Positions 60,948 to 64,000 of a stretch of 64,000 bases of DNA are shown here, piece after piece. Origin of the DNA: Seison nebaliae (lineage: Eukaryota); the NCBI GenBank assembly GCA_023231475.1, contig JALJEE010002282.1:1-64000 (forward strand). Direction: 5' to 3'. The notes below the pieces were generated by a model, which was not told where the DNA came from, did no database searches, and saw only the letters and a list, made by a program, of their open reading frames with translations. The position numbers were made by a program, and so were the translations under genes. The first letter of the stretch is position 1. Each line of letters starts with the position of its first letter.

Positions 60948-61884
60948 CCTTTGCCAAAACTCACTAAAATATCACGCACAATTCTCTAATAAATTCTCAC
61001 GAGTTACGACATACGTTAAGACATTGAGAAATGATTCAAAATCTTCACATATTAGTCAACTGATTTGACGTTTATGGCTTTATTTATGTTTTTACGGTTT
61101 TCTGTTTAAAAAATAATTCTGCTTAAATGGAACTTAAATTTCAATTGGGAATTAATTAATATTTCACAACAGTTTCTTTTTTTGAATTTTTCTTATATTA
61201 TAAGGACTAGATAATAAGGAGTTGATTGACAAAAAAATGGAATTTGGAGATCAGTTGGAATTTGTTGGAAAATTGAAAAATGAACTTTGGATGTGAATAG
61301 ATCGACGTTGAAGTAATGTAGATCTGAGAGCGGCTGTATTAGACGCTCTAATAATTATGATAATAAGAGTTGATTATTTAGAATGGGAATATTTACTTTG
61401 AGAGGAAGAATGCTGACTGGTGAATGTGAAAGACTGAACAGAAATCGAAAAGTATCGAGGAGAGGAAATGAACATTGAGAATAATAAGATAAAGATCTAC
61501 TTCAAAGTCTCGAGATTGATGATATTGTAATCGTATTAAATGGGAGGAGAGGTTGGAGAAGTTTAGGTGTGATGTGAGGATGGATAAGAGAAGAAACAAA
61601 TGGATATGACATCGTATTGAATGGTGAAATTGATGATGAAGAAGATGATCAAGAAGATGGTGATGATATGGAAGAAAGTGGAAGACGTAGCAATTATTTG
61701 GAGATCCTTGAATCGAATAGAAAACAAAACAAAAAGAACTTTACATTCGTCGAATGATTCTCATCCACTCTGGTAATTGATATCTGATGTGGAAAGAAAA
61801 ATCCGACTTCATTTACTCAATTTAATTATTCACTTCATACACTATATTTGTTTACGGTTTATCGATGTTAACAAGAAAGGAATT

Positions 61885-63498
61885 TAGTGGTTTTTTATCA
61901 TCCATTTAACATTCCAGTGATGAGGCGTGAAAGTTGATAATTCTCTCCTGTTCTGAATCATTACGATTCTATCCTACAATCATGAATACTGGATGCATTC
62001 TCACTCCACTTCCTTCTCCCTCAACCTGTTTATTTATCAGAACATCTAAATATTTGTGAAGCTTATCAGTCTTTCCAAACGCCTCCTCTACTGTCAGTGA
62101 GAGAAGACTAGTTTGAAAGTAGTACTTTTACTTATTACCGTTCCTACTAATTGTTTTCATCATCAAAACAACAGTTGTTTGAATGGCATGCGATTTGTAC
62201 AAGTTTCTCTACCAATTATTCATTCAACTACTTTATGTTCTCATCAAATCGAAACAAACAAAAAAAATAAAGTTGTAAGAGAGAATTGAATACATTTGAT
62301 GTTTCACATAATTCCAAAAAATGAGAAAAGATGAATAATATGTTCATACCAACCCAATCTGGAAGTTCCCGTTTCGTCATCGAGTGACACAGCTCCACAG
62401 ACTAATGCCGATACGGTAAATCTGGCAAGATGGAATAAACGCATTTCATATTGTTGCTTAGTCAGAAATGACTCCTCCTCGCTAAGTGACTTAATGTTGG
62501 CTAATAGTCGTCTTAAAATATTCGTCATAATTTCGAAGGAATTGGCGGGAGCATTATTGAATAAAACGATGGAGAAAGCGGAACACAAATCTGCCGTTCT
62601 CAATTTGAAAGTATTACTTGTTCCTCTTTTCGTCTGGAGTTGTTTTATGGGAAGGTTTTAATACAAATATAAACATTCTTATCAATGGAATGGAGAAAGG
62701 AACTTGAAGTGAGAGAAACCATTCGTTCATGATAATTAATGGTTTGTTTGTTGAAGTTTTCGATAACCAAACATTATCACTTCTCAAATGACCGTGTATA
62801 TAACCTAGATGACGAGTGTTCATAAAACATGGAATCATTTCAAGAGAAACCGTTATTCAACAATCTTACCACTCTCCTCATCAATAACTTGTTGGATAAT
62901 AATTGAAATCTCTCGAATATTTCCCCTTTCACCGCATCTACTTGACGAGGTGACGCCTTGAAATAATTATCGACCGCTTCGTCCCAAGTTGCCAAACCAT
63001 AAATCCAAGTTGATATAGCGAAACATAAATCTCGAGTGCACCACGACTCTTTATAACGACCCGAATTCCCGTAAGGCAAAGTGACACAAGACGTTTTCAA
63101 CTGAATAATCTCCTTCTCTAACAAATATTGGGGAGTGAATTTCCTACGCAATTTCGTATTCGAATCATCCGAATCGAAATTAAGAGCGAACACTGTAACG
63201 GAATGATCGAATACATGTAATAGATATTTCGTCCCTGCTATGCTCACCTAATAAGAGTCTGCTAATCAGTTTACTTAGAAGAATCAAAATCAACTTCACC
63301 AGATGATGGTATCAATATCACTTCGAAAACAGTCTGTGTTGACAAGGTCTTCTTCCACCCATATGAATCGTAGTAGTATTTATTGCCATTATAACTGTGA
63401 ACAGTGAATGATGAGGAAATATCATTGTCATAAACGAGGTATGACTCACCCAAGAGAAAAAGAAAGAAAAAATTTAGTATTTTATTTACTCTAATCAT
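61885..63498 (-). CDS. Multi-exon gene with N-terminal signal-like peptide and pseudokinase-like motifs; exon structure partly uncertain
   Basis: ORFs 63271-63525, 62840-63247, 62614-62838 and 62304-62603 are linked by short GT-AG introns, e.g. the 46-nt intron 62850-62805 gives RLLNNGYIHGHLRSDNVWL. ATG 63498 opens MIRVNKILNFFFLFLL. 3' end approximate. Confidence 0.5.
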
Positions 63499-64000
63499 TT
63501 CAAAATAGTGTGAAATTGATGTCAATATTCAAATGTTAATTGATTATGTTTCATTTTATTTTGATGTGCTTCATCGGTCATTACCATGGCAATGATATTA
63601 TGAGTCGACAATCCAATTAAATTCTTCCGTTACCACTCCAGTTTGAATTGTCATTAAAATTCCTTCTCCCACTCATTTGAAATTTAGCCTTGTCCTTCCA
63701 TTTTCTCCCTTTAGCCACTCTTTCCATACATTAAATTGAACTTTAAAGAAATTCAAATTTTGCTTCATTCACATCTAATAGAAATTTAAAACTGTACAGT
63801 GCACAGAAAATGTTGAAATTAAAAGAGTGAATTACAACACGAACACACACTGTCTCTCTGAACAATGACAAATGACATGATGATACGATGGGGCTGTGAA
63901 CCGAAAACGACGTCAGACAATTTTGTTTGAAGGGAAAGAAACTGAATAAATTATTCAGATATTACTTAATATTTAATTGGCCCATGACGAAGCTTATGAT

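Noticed and set aside
3405..61130. Recurrent GCTTAA upstream of several genes (about 3412, 11995, 17685, 53245, 61121)
   Set aside because: A 6-mer this AT-rich is expected many times by chance and also occurs in introns; needs an enrichment test.
61590..61760. Acidic open frame on the plus strand (DDEEDDQEDGDD)
   Set aside because: GAT/GAA simple-repeat DNA without a plausible start or splice partner.
62304..63525. Interpreting the broken ORFs as a frameshifted pseudogene or alternative genetic code
   Set aside because: Short GT-AG introns account for the frame changes; conserved genes in the window read normally with the standard code.

Overview
AT-rich eukaryotic (animal) genomic DNA with a compact gene layout and mostly 39-60 nt introns. 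It is not prokaryotic: no CRISPR array, rRNA or tRNA was found. A protostome-type cytoplasmic intermediate filament (IF) gene and a Pro-rich protein family I recall from rotifer proteomes suggest a spiralian, possibly rotifer/syndermatan, source (inference). Layout: (1) 0.9-10 kb holds small intron-rich genes: two single-pass membrane proteins, three tandem CAP/GAPR-1-like genes and two tandem signal-peptide/furin-site/GPI-type paralogs. (2) 11-21 kb holds intronless housekeeping genes (EMC7, PSMB3, RIOK3, ABHD13-like, CHID1) and a Gly/Ser- and Pro-rich structural protein. (3) About 21.3-52 kb appears to be one minus-strand IF locus of about 31 kb. The 404-, 134- and 995-aa orphan ORFs there end in phase-compatible splice donors that join them to the IF head. 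The locus also shows alternative first exons, two 9-nt microexons, AG|GT ratchet-like sites and up to five alternative tails. (4) 53-64 kb holds ACAT1 thiolase, GNL2, a divergent MAU2, a low-complexity orphan and a signal-peptide-bearing pseudokinase-like gene. Almost all short introns begin GTT rather than GTRAGT, whereas microexons in long introns use GTAAGT. All gene models were assembled by eye from splice signals and reading frame and need RNA confirmation.
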